DNA of 64,000 nucleotides from a virus: IMG/VR virus record IMGVR_UViG_3300030060_006882, positions 1 to 64,000 of that record; one strand, 5' to 3'. Shown piece by piece: positions 16,266 to 23,977 of this stretch (position 1 is its first letter; each line of letters starts with the position of its first letter). The notes under the pieces were generated by a model. It saw only the letters and a program-made list of their open reading frames with translations, ran no database searches and was not told where the DNA came from. The position numbers and the translations under genes were made by a program.

Positions 16266-18289
16266 TTATTTTTCTTTCGCTTTTTCAATAAACGTTCGGG
16301 AATAGTCATATATGGAGTGTCCAAAATGTATCTCAGTAACAACTCATCGGTGCCTTCTTCTCCTGCACCATGTTCTTCTTTAATAGGGACTTTATTATCT
16401 CCCCTATTAGCAGATTTACTTCTTACTCTTGTGTTTGACTTACTGTTATTTAGGGGATTATGATCTTTATGATCTATATCTTTTCCGTCGCCTTTACTAA
16501 CTTTTCCATTTTTTTCTGCTTCTCTACGAGCACCATTTCTTCCAGCACGTCTTTTCTTTTGCTTTTCTGTGCCATGATACTCATCGTATTCTTTTCTATA
16601 ATTACGTTCTTTTCCTTCACTCAATCTAAGAGTAGAACTATCGTAATACTCAACATCCTTTTCCACATCAACATAGAATGTTTTATTTCCTACAGAAATC
16701 TTGGTAAAGTCACCATTAGAAATCGAACCAACCGCATCTAGATTAATATTTCTTATTATGATACTGTTTGCGGATAAATCGAACAAAGCAAGTAGTCCAA
16801 CAAGAACAGATGGGTATTGACTCATGTGTTGTTCGAAAAATAATTTGGCATCATTTTGATCTTCCATTAAAGAAAAATATTCGTTTAAAGAAGGATATGG
16901 TTGCATTCCAACTGGATTTTTCTGTTTAGCTGCTGCTTCGTTTTCAGGTGGAGTTGTAGGTGCCGCTCCATTTACCAAAAGATCGTACATCTGATCGAAT
17001 GGCGTTGTAGGGGAGGAAGGAGTAAGTCTTAATTTAACTTCAGTTTCACCAAGCAAACTATTAATTGTAATTTCTGTCAGTGGAGTAAATCTTAAATTTG
17101 TTCCATCTCTTGAACTACTCATCAATGTGTTTGCAACCGCAGGAGATCCCTCGTCAAATTTTCTTCTCCCTGTGAGAGATTGTATTACCAAAAACCTTTC
17201 TACTTTATCGTTAGATTGTAGTATAGATTCTATAGAAGAAATTAATTCTTTCTTTACATTTTCTCCATTTGACAAAACATATTTCTTTTGAATATTTTCT
17301 TTATTATCAAAATTGGTTGCAACATTAATTATTTTTTGTTTCAATTTATCAAGTTGCTTTTTTACTTTTTCATCTGATTCTAATGTCTCTACAAGTTCCT
17401 GTAGAGTGATCGAGAATAAAGCGTTAGCTTCTTCGTCTGTTATTATCTTTATCTTATCATGAATTATAGAAACTGTATAGACATTACCCTTTTCATCTTG
17501 AACTATTAAATCTGTGTTTGGAGTATCCACGTCTCCTACAACTTTTTTAAATTCTTTAGATACAGGGTAAGTCTCTTCTGCAGTCGTAACTGTAAAATTA
17601 CCTTTTACCTTTTCGCCTATTTGTTGGTATGCTCTAATAGAAGCGTCCATTAGAGTTTGACTTTGACCAAAGAACTGACTGGCTGTAGATGGATCTACTT
17701 GCTTTCCTCCAGTACTGTTAGCAACCAATGATATACCTCTGGATAAGGACTCTGGTGCATGATCCCAGTCTGGGTAAGTAGAGTTTGTGTCTTTTCTTTC
17801 TACTCCATCTTTGGGATAATCATAATGATCACTTCTGACTATTTCTGTTTTTCCTCGTTTTTTCTTTTTAACAATACCCAATAGTCTATTGGATGTCTTT
17901 GATGCTTCAAATTCATCTTGAGTTGAGATTTCTTGTGCTACATTAGGAGTAACTTCTGGCTTTGGTGGTTGACCAGGTGCCTCACCATACAACAATTCAT
18001 GTTTGTTTGAATTAAAATCAGATTTAGGAATCAAGCGTATTTTGCCATCTTGATTAGTCTTAACTATGATGACACGCTTCCACGGACTAGATCCTTCTGT
18101 CTCTTTTTTCCTGTCTACCTGTTTTCTAGCCTTATCTACTTCCTTCTGTCCACCACCTTTAGATCTGGCTTTCTGAACAGCTCTTTCCTTTTCGACTTGA
18201 TTGGCTTTTGTGAACTCCAAAAGCTCACCCTCGAATGACGAGTCAATCCAGTTCTGATCTTCCATGAGTTTTATAGTTTTGTTTTTCAT
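16262..18289 (-). CDS. 675-aa late protein with C-terminal HNH-type domain
   Basis: RNYRKEY...RRAGRN.ARR......GDGKDIDHKDHNPLNNSKSNTRV...SANR; tail EEHGAGEEGTDEL...Y..DTP. Confidence 0.7.
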   Translation of the reverse strand: MKNKTIKLMEDQNWIDSSFEGELLEFTKANQVEKERAVQKARSKGGGQKEVDKARKQVDRKKETEGSSPWKRVIIVKTNQDGKIRLIPKSDFNSNKHELLYGEAPGQPPKPEVTPNVAQEISTQDEFEASKTSNRLLGIVKKKKRGKTEIVRSDHYDYPKDGVERKDTNSTYPDWDHAPESLSRGISLVANSTGGKQVDPSTASQFFGQSQTLMDASIRAYQQIGEKVKGNFTVTTAEETYPVSKEFKKVVGDVDTPNTDLIVQDEKGNVYTVSIIHDKIKIITDEEANALFSITLQELVETLESDEKVKKQLDKLKQKIINVATNFDNKENIQKKYVLSNGENVKKELISSIESILQSNDKVERFLVIQSLTGRRKFDEGSPAVANTLMSSSRDGTNLRFTPLTEITINSLLGETEVKLRLTPSSPTTPFDQMYDLLVNGAAPTTPPENEAAAKQKNPVGMQPYPSLNEYFSLMEDQNDAKLFFEQHMSQYPSVLVGLLALFDLSANSIIIRNINLDAVGSISNGDFTKISVGNKTFYVDVEKDVEYYDSSTLRLSEGKERNYRKEYDEYHGTEKQKKRRAGRNGARREAEKNGKVSKGDGKDIDHKDHNPLNNSKSNTRVRSKSANRGDNKVPIKEEHGAGEEGTDELLLRYILDTPYMTIPERLLKKRKKNK

Positions 18290-18318
18290 AAGAAATCCTG
18301 ATAATAATTGATCTACTT

Positions 18319-18326
18319 TATGTATA
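18319..18326 (-). promoter_or_regulatory. Late promoter variant TATACATA
   Basis: One mismatch to TATAAATA, between a terminator and the 675-aa ORF. Confidence 0.55.
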
Positions 18327-18328
18327 AT

Positions 18329-18356
18329 AAAAGGGGAGCAGGTTTCCCTGCTCCCC
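18329..18356 (-). terminator. Rho-independent terminator
   Basis: Perfect 10-bp stem GGGGAGCAGG/CCTGCTCCCC, GAAA loop on the minus strand, then TTTTATT. Confidence 0.85.
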
Positions 18357-18453
18357 CAACATAATACTACTTAACCGGTAGGTAAAGGGTCTTTGCTGCT
18401 GGATCACCCCCCTTCGTGTGCAATAAAACAATTACCGGCGAAGTATTATTACT

Positions 18454-18525
18454 TCACTTATAATAAGTGTATAAATTGAACTTGGAGGAAGGAATTTCGA
18501 ATTCAGTAAAACTTTTATTAAACAT
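18454..18525 (-). CDS. Putative 23-aa leader peptide MFNKSFTEFEIPSSKFNLYTYYK
   Basis: AAGGGA upstream of ATG 18525; TGA at 18454-18456. Not in the ORF track. Confidence 0.3.
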   Translation of the reverse strand: MFNKSFTEFEIPSSKFNLYTYYK

Positions 18526-18566
18526 ATTAGGTTTTCCCTTCATTCTTATTTAGGATAAATTACTTT

Positions 18567-18911
18567 TCATTCGGGTCTTTTTAGCAATTTATACCCTTTG
18601 TGTTGTTTTCTTTCACCACGCAAGGTTCCGTACATTGCTGCCTTATTTAGGTTATTTTCTCTGCAAAATCTAGAAAAAACCTCTATAAGTTCAATTTTCT
18701 TGTCTGGAGTCTCTACAACATATTTGTCAGTATTGTTAGAATAATCTACAGATTCCTGCCATTTTGTCGTTCTTCCAAATCTGTCATTTTGGACAAACTC
18801 CCCTCCAAACATTTCCACAAAGTTCTTTCTGTGAATAATTTTTCTGGCATCTTCATTAACCCTAACCCATGTAGGGGAATTTATTTTATTCACTTCTTCT
18901 TTTACAAACAT
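18567..18911 (-). CDS. Hypothetical protein with C-terminal NUMOD1-like DNA-binding segment
   Basis: FCRENNLNKAAMY....G.RKQHKGYKL pattern. Confidence 0.55.
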   Translation of the reverse strand: MFVKEEVNKINSPTWVRVNEDARKIIHRKNFVEMFGGEFVQNDRFGRTTKWQESVDYSNNTDKYVVETPDKKIELIEVFSRFCRENNLNKAAMYGTLRGERKQHKGYKLLKRPE

Positions 18912-18912
18912 T

Positions 18913-19464
18913 TCATTTCTCCATATCTTTTACTATTTTAAATAACATCTTACAAATATAATATGAATCTACAATATCGGTTGCTGGATTGTTGAGTGTT
19001 TTCATATTTAAGACACTTACTAAATTGACACCAGTTTCTTCTAAAAAAGATTCATACATTTCGGTTTTTCCTGCATTTCCCTTTCCAGTCGCATATTTCT
19101 TGACCGCAGATGGTGCTATAGTTTCTAATGGGACACCACGCTGATATAACTTATATTTCAAAACACCAGTATTTTCTGCTATATTGAACACCCTACCAGT
19201 AGCACCATAGGCATAATTTTCTATTGCTACTTGATCTGAAAAATCACACACCTCTACTGCCCATGATGAAATGCTGTCATATCTTTCCTCTTCTGAGTTA
19301 TATTCCTCAAACGATTTTCCATAAAATCTACCCGAGAATACCTCAGAATATTTCTTTTTGTTGGACAAATAATGAAATATACAATTCGTATAGCTCCATT
19401 CATCTCCGACATGAATGCATATTGCAGGGGAAGTTAAACTATAATCAATACCAGATAATACCAT
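18913..19464 (-). CDS. RuvC-like (RNase H fold) endonuclease/resolvase
   Basis: GIDYSLTSPA, VAIENYAY, IAENTGVLK, PSAVKKYATGKGNAGK, DIVDSYY. Confidence 0.8.
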   Translation of the reverse strand: MVLSGIDYSLTSPAICIHVGDEWSYTNCIFHYLSNKKKYSEVFSGRFYGKSFEEYNSEEERYDSISSWAVEVCDFSDQVAIENYAYGATGRVFNIAENTGVLKYKLYQRGVPLETIAPSAVKKYATGKGNAGKTEMYESFLEETGVNLVSVLNMKTLNNPATDIVDSYYICKMLFKIVKDMEK

Positions 19465-19466
19465 AA

Positions 19467-19600
19467 TATAAATATATAGACACCCCGTAGAGAGGTGTCT
19501 ATATTAACAGTGGTGATCCAGCAATCTTTTCTGTATACACTATGTATATAAATTTTATCTTAATAAAATAGGGGTGTCTACAGTAGACACCCCTTCATTT
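19467..19600. other. Intergenic element: two related hairpins flanking GGTGATCCAGCA, with opposing late-promoter motifs
   Basis: TATAAATA (+) 19467-19474; hairpin 19474-19504; GGTGATCCAGCA 19512-19523; TATACATA (-) 19541-19548; hairpin 19570-19594. Confidence 0.55.
19570..19594 (-). terminator. Hairpin terminator after the porin operon, possibly bidirectional
   Basis: 11-bp arms AGGGGTGTCTA/TAGACACCCCT, followed by ATTTTATT on the minus strand. Confidence 0.7.
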
Positions 19601-19607
19601 ATATATC

Positions 19608-19856
19608 TCAATCACCGAAATCTACACGATTCAATCGTTGAGTACGAACTGGACGGTCTACACCAACGGCACGAACACCATCATCCCAGAGTCCTGCGAT
19701 AGATCGAGCACTCCAAGAAATCCCTCTAGCTGAATGTGGAAGAATTGCAAAAGCAATCAACCAAACTCCAACAGTTACACCAAAAACTCTCTTATTGAAC
19801 CAACCACACGGACATTGATTTGCACAAGGTGCTTTACAATCATTTTTACTACTCAT
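19608..19856 (-). CDS. Small Cys-rich single-TM membrane protein
   Basis: RBS AAGGAG before ATG 19856; CKAPCANQCPC then GVTVGVWLIAFAILP. Confidence 0.7.
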   Translation of the reverse strand: MSSKNDCKAPCANQCPCGWFNKRVFGVTVGVWLIAFAILPHSARGISWSARSIAGLWDDGVRAVGVDRPVRTQRLNRVDFGD

Positions 19857-19879
19857 ATCATTCTCCTTTATATTAATAA

Positions 19880-20908
19880 TCAAAATTCTAACTGTAACTG
19901 AACTCTGGCAAGGTACTCACCCGAACTAGTGGAAACATTCCAACCAGTTTCGCCAGTGTTCCAACCCGCTGCAATTCCATTCAGTGCATAACCAAAGTCT
20001 GCACCAAGTTTCACATTAGCGTTAAAAAAGTAATTAAATCCACCAGTAATAATACTAAGCTGTTCAGATGTAGTATCAAGTTCACCGTACTGATATTCAA
20101 CATATGGTTGAAGCTCTTTGGTGATATGATATCCTAACTGGCCAGTAGCACCCCACTGTCTACCATTGTCATATTCAGCAGAGACATAAGCACCGTCAAG
20201 AGTCAGATCACCCACGGAGATTCCCGCGTCGGCAGTCCAAGTCCAGTAAGTTACATCTTGCTGATTGTATGAAATGGCAGTTCCGAGGTTCAACCAGTTG
20301 AACACGTCCCAATCCAAACGTCCAGTGGCAGCGTAACCGTTTTGAACACCTGCACCATTTGCAGTATCAAAACCATCACTGTATGCCGCACTAGCAGTAA
20401 GTGGACCAAAATCATGAGACAACTGAACACCTTGAGAACGTCCTTGTCCAAAAGTACTGGAAACAACGGATCGTTCAATTCCGAGAATGTTAGTCTGGGA
20501 AACAAGAACTTCCTTCATGAAGGGAGTCTTGAACTGTCCAAACTTAAAGTTTACACTCTCAAAATCAGAGGATGCCCATGCATCCTTCAGCGAAAAGTCA
20601 CTACCTTCGCTCCATTGTCCACTGACTTTGTAATTCCAGTTGTAAACCGAACCAGAAAGAATAATTCTGACACGAGGAACACTGAAACCGTAATTTGCAT
20701 CGGTATCCGAACCGCTGCTGTATGAGTACCGAGTCTGCAAGAATCCACCAACATTTAATGTTGCAGGCAAATCGTTAGCAAACAAAGTACTTCTGGATGA
20801 TGCGTCCATCATGACGTTATTTGTAATGTCTTCGATGGACGAGTAATCGTTAGCAGCAGCAACTCCGCTTACCGCTAATGATACAATAATAGCACTGATC
20901 TTTTTCAT
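19880..20908 (-). CDS. Outer-membrane porin, OprO/OprP-like
   Basis: Signal peptide; GFLQTRY, GFSVPRVRIILSG, LKDAW, FGQFKTPF..E.L.S......ERS; C-terminal amphipathic strand ARVQLQLEF ending in Phe. Confidence 0.85.
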   Translation of the reverse strand: MKKISAIIVSLAVSGVAAANDYSSIEDITNNVMMDASSRSTLFANDLPATLNVGGFLQTRYSYSSGSDTDANYGFSVPRVRIILSGSVYNWNYKVSGQWSEGSDFSLKDAWASSDFESVNFKFGQFKTPFMKEVLVSQTNILGIERSVVSSTFGQGRSQGVQLSHDFGPLTASAAYSDGFDTANGAGVQNGYAATGRLDWDVFNWLNLGTAISYNQQDVTYWTWTADAGISVGDLTLDGAYVSAEYDNGRQWGATGQLGYHITKELQPYVEYQYGELDTTSEQLSIITGGFNYFFNANVKLGADFGYALNGIAAGWNTGETGWNVSTSSGEYLARVQLQLEF

Positions 20909-20929
20909 AATTTCTCCTTATGTTTATGA

Positions 20930-22885
20930 TCATTTTGTCAAATCAACAATTTCACAGGAAGATCCAGAACACGCATAACTTTGTGTCCCAGTTGTGTTAT
21001 CTTCCTTCTCATACTTACCCAAATCTAACCAATTCACTTCATTGGGCATTTTCTTCACTAAATTATCATAGTCTGCTTTACTGCATTCCTGATAAGGAGC
21101 TTGCTTGTATGTGTGATCACTGTGTGGAAGAAATGAAATACCAGAGATTTCATCAAAGTGATCATACACCCATCCACCAACTACTGGCCACTCTTCTTCT
21201 CTGACCGTAATAGTAACAGATGGTTTATGTTCGCACCACGATCTTTGATATACAAGCCACAGCTCCAATTGCTCTATTGCAGTCATCTCATTTCTAGTAA
21301 CACACTTCTTGGGTGATTTTATAGGAAAAGAGAAAACTGTTACATGTTCTGGTTTCATTACATCTGCTTCGTAAGAAAATCCAGCATCTTTCATATAAGC
21401 ACAAAGTGGATCTTTGTTATCTGCACGAACAGTTCTGATGTAATAGTCACTGTGTCTTGCGTGGATCCCTGAAGCGGCGTCTACGAGCTGTGAGACGGTT
21501 CCAGAAGGTTTTACACATGTTATAGCAACTGATTGGTTTATTCCAAGCTCATCAGCATGTTTTTTGTTTGTTTGTATCGCAATCTTTCGGAAAGATGTCA
21601 GTCTGTCCGACAAACCTTTCATATTCCGAGTGGTATTGCAGTCCATTATACCAGTCAACGAAACACCAAGAAGTCTCTCTTCTTCGCAGTTCTTTTTCCA
21701 CTCACCAGATAAAAATCTAAAGTTCACCAAGGTAGATTGCCACGTACCGAGAATAGTGGCAAGTCTGACCTTTCTCTCCAGAGATTCTACGGTATCATCT
21801 TCTCTGACAACAACTTCAGTAAGATTACAGAACTCTTTATCTCTTAGAATAATCTCAGAGCAGGGATTAGTTCCAAACTCATGATCAATATTTCGTGTTG
21901 AATAACTTTCATCCATTTCCAGTCTAAAAGCATTAGATCTCTCAATTTGCTTTCTGGCAGCATCTCTATTAAAGATACCACGTTCACCGCTCTTGGACTT
22001 GTAAAGAGCTAACCACTCTTCCATGAAAATACCTGGCTCGGGCTTCTCTCTATAAGAAACAGAGTTATTTGCTAAAGCACGCTGTGGATCTGCTTCCCAC
22101 CATGCTCCACTCTTTGCATCCCTCATACGCTCGTCTGTGAGCGATGACAGAGAGATTAGTGCGGACCTACGAACGCCTCCGACAACCACAATCTCTGCAA
22201 TTTTACAGATGATATCGTGACATTCGATAGAAGTAAGTTTTCTACCAGACGCTCTTCGGAAGGAGGTAACTGTGAATTCAAACAACTCTTCAAGTGGTTC
22301 TGGTCCACTTGCTCGTCCTCCAAAAGTCTTAAGGCGTGCGCCGGCAGGACGAACTTTGCTCGTGTCCCATTTTGGAATTTGACCTCCAATGAGAAGGCTA
22401 AACAACTCTCTATACGCTTTCGCCCAACCCATTTTCGAATCCTGTACAACAATTGTCGTATCACTGTCTTCGAACTCCTCTGCTATCGTCGGCAGGGTTT
22501 TGATGAGTTCTCTTTCGACGGAAAAACCAACACCAGTTCCGCACATGAGAATATATAAAATCTCATCAAACGACTTGACTTTACCAGCACTCGCATACGA
22601 GCAATTATACCCTGCTACGTTATCTCGTTTGAGTGCATCTCCTGCTGTCATCAATGCTCTCATTGATGGCATTATTTCTAGGTTTAATACAGCTTCTTCT
22701 AATTCTCTCCTAAGTTCATCAGGTACATCGTGATTACAAGTTTCCTTTAGATGATCCACAAAAAAATCAAAATATCGAGATACAGTTTCGTTCCATGTTT
22801 CGCGTCTTCCCTCTTCTTCTAGCCATCTAGAGTATCGAGAAAGATGTATAAATGCTTGGTATAAAGAAGGAAGTTCTTTGCTCAT
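20930..22885 (-). CDS. nrdJ: Class II (adenosylcobalamin-dependent) ribonucleotide reductase
   Basis: MPSMRAL, YNCSY, GTGVGFSV, VGGVRRSALI, TNPCSEI, CNLTE, TCVKPSGTVSQL, EHKPSVT, C-terminal CSGSSC; no beta subunit nearby. Confidence 0.9.
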   Translation of the reverse strand: MSKELPSLYQAFIHLSRYSRWLEEEGRRETWNETVSRYFDFFVDHLKETCNHDVPDELRRELEEAVLNLEIMPSMRALMTAGDALKRDNVAGYNCSYASAGKVKSFDEILYILMCGTGVGFSVERELIKTLPTIAEEFEDSDTTIVVQDSKMGWAKAYRELFSLLIGGQIPKWDTSKVRPAGARLKTFGGRASGPEPLEELFEFTVTSFRRASGRKLTSIECHDIICKIAEIVVVGGVRRSALISLSSLTDERMRDAKSGAWWEADPQRALANNSVSYREKPEPGIFMEEWLALYKSKSGERGIFNRDAARKQIERSNAFRLEMDESYSTRNIDHEFGTNPCSEIILRDKEFCNLTEVVVREDDTVESLERKVRLATILGTWQSTLVNFRFLSGEWKKNCEEERLLGVSLTGIMDCNTTRNMKGLSDRLTSFRKIAIQTNKKHADELGINQSVAITCVKPSGTVSQLVDAASGIHARHSDYYIRTVRADNKDPLCAYMKDAGFSYEADVMKPEHVTVFSFPIKSPKKCVTRNEMTAIEQLELWLVYQRSWCEHKPSVTITVREEEWPVVGGWVYDHFDEISGISFLPHSDHTYKQAPYQECSKADYDNLVKKMPNEVNWLDLGKYEKEDNTTGTQSYACSGSSCEIVDLTK

Positions 22886-22921
22886 GTAATAATGCTCCAA
22901 TAACGTAATAATATAGGTGTT

Positions 22922-22949
22922 ATTATATAGAAAAAAATATTAATGTCAA
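22922..22949 (-). promoter_or_regulatory. Sigma70-type promoter TTGACA-N16-TATAAT for nrdJ
   Basis: Perfect hexamers. Confidence 0.75.
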
Positions 22950-22956
22950 TGTATTT

Positions 22957-23406
22957 TTATCGAGAAATATCTCGTGTTATTTCAAAAACACCGTTTAAAA
23001 CAGTGCTAACATCAGAGACACCAGTAGCACCACCTAAAATTTTAGTTGACAGTTCTAAATCATAGAAGTGTCTACCTCTAGGCATTTTAGATGTGGTGGT
23101 TGCGTCTATTTCAATATAAACTGCGCCAGTAACACCATCATAGTTAAAGCTTATACCACCGGTAGTTCCCGTTGTACCGTCACCCCTAGAAAAATCACCA
23201 CTAACACCAATACCAAACGCACCAGCAGGATGTTTATCAGTTACTTGACACACCATATTAGAACTAAGAGGTGATCTGCGTATCTGCATCTCTCCGGTAT
23301 AACCAAGTCCAACTAAATCTATAGCAGTCCTAGAGGAATCTAAGTGATTGAACTGGAGAATAAAAGTATCTCCCTGAAAATGAACTATGTTATAATCGGT
23401 GCTCAT
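22957..23406 (-). CDS. Virion-type Ig-like adaptor protein, paralog 1 (LtfC/BppU-like)
   Basis: YNI...QGDTF.L......DL..GYT..MQI(R/K)RS...I.ID..T.......H.YD.E pattern. Confidence 0.6.
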   Translation of the reverse strand: MSTDYNIVHFQGDTFILQFNHLDSSRTAIDLVGLGYTGEMQIRRSPLSSNMVCQVTDKHPAGAFGIGVSGDFSRGDGTTGTTGGISFNYDGVTGAVYIEIDATTTSKMPRGRHFYDLELSTKILGGATGVSDVSTVLNGVFEITRDISR

Positions 23407-23417
23407 AAAGCCATCTC

Positions 23418-23957
23418 CTAAATTCTAGTTACATTTCCGCTGACATCAATTCTACCGAATAATATTGTATCATTAATACCTGTGGTATTACTCAAAACTT
23501 GTATATCATACGGGTGTTTTCCTCTAGGAATAGAAGCAGAAGTATCAGAATCTATTTGTATTCTAATAGTTCCAGTAACACCAGAGTAATTTAGTTGAAT
23601 TCCGCCAGTTAGTCCAGTGACACCAGAACCACTCGAAAAATCACCAGTGGTGCCTTTACCATAAGAACCTTGTGGATAATTTGTTGTCAACTCTGCAAGT
23701 AGCACATCAGAATGGGATGATCTCTTTAACTGCATACTCGCGGTATAACCAGCCAAATCAAAAGAAAGACCTCCTACAGTTCTAGCATAAAAATCTAATG
23801 TAAAAGTATCACCCTGAACTAAAGATATATCATATTCTGTTCTAGTTGTAGGTCTACTTGTGACATTTGTAATGCTAGAACCTACAGAGGTTTCACCACC
23901 AACCGGAACGGTAGATGTAGGAGCCGGTGTCTGATTATTGCTTGATTCTATTGTCAT
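23418..23957 (-). CDS. Virion-type Ig-like adaptor protein, paralog 2
   Basis: Collinear with 22957-23406 (QGDTF, GYT, MQ, GDFS.G.G.TG.TGGI..NY.GVTG, PRG.H.YD). Confidence 0.6.
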   Translation of the reverse strand: MTIESSNNQTPAPTSTVPVGGETSVGSSITNVTSRPTTRTEYDISLVQGDTFTLDFYARTVGGLSFDLAGYTASMQLKRSSHSDVLLAELTTNYPQGSYGKGTTGDFSSGSGVTGLTGGIQLNYSGVTGTIRIQIDSDTSASIPRGKHPYDIQVLSNTTGINDTILFGRIDVSGNVTRI

Positions 23958-23977
23958 TTATTGCCCTAGTATATACA

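Larger units (their letters stand above)
18329..18545 (-). ncRNA. Candidate structured small RNA with a 21-nt complement of the 16S rRNA 3' end
   Basis: CCTAAATA at 18547-18554 upstream and terminator downstream. Stem ATAATACT..CCGGTA / TACCGG..AGTATTAT encloses GAAGGGGGGUGAUCCAGCAGC (18395-18415). Confidence 0.55.

Noticed and set aside
18395..18415. 16S rRNA gene fragment or contamination
   Set aside because: The match is limited to 21 nt with three differences, and the flanks show no rRNA similarity.
18367..18525. Selenoprotein (in-frame UGA followed by a hairpin)
   Set aside because: No redox motif around the UGA, the hairpin overlaps the codon and does not resemble a bacterial SECIS, and no sel genes are in the window.
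19474..19594. Mini-CRISPR array
   Set aside because: Only two short related hairpins, not identical direct repeats with regular spacers.
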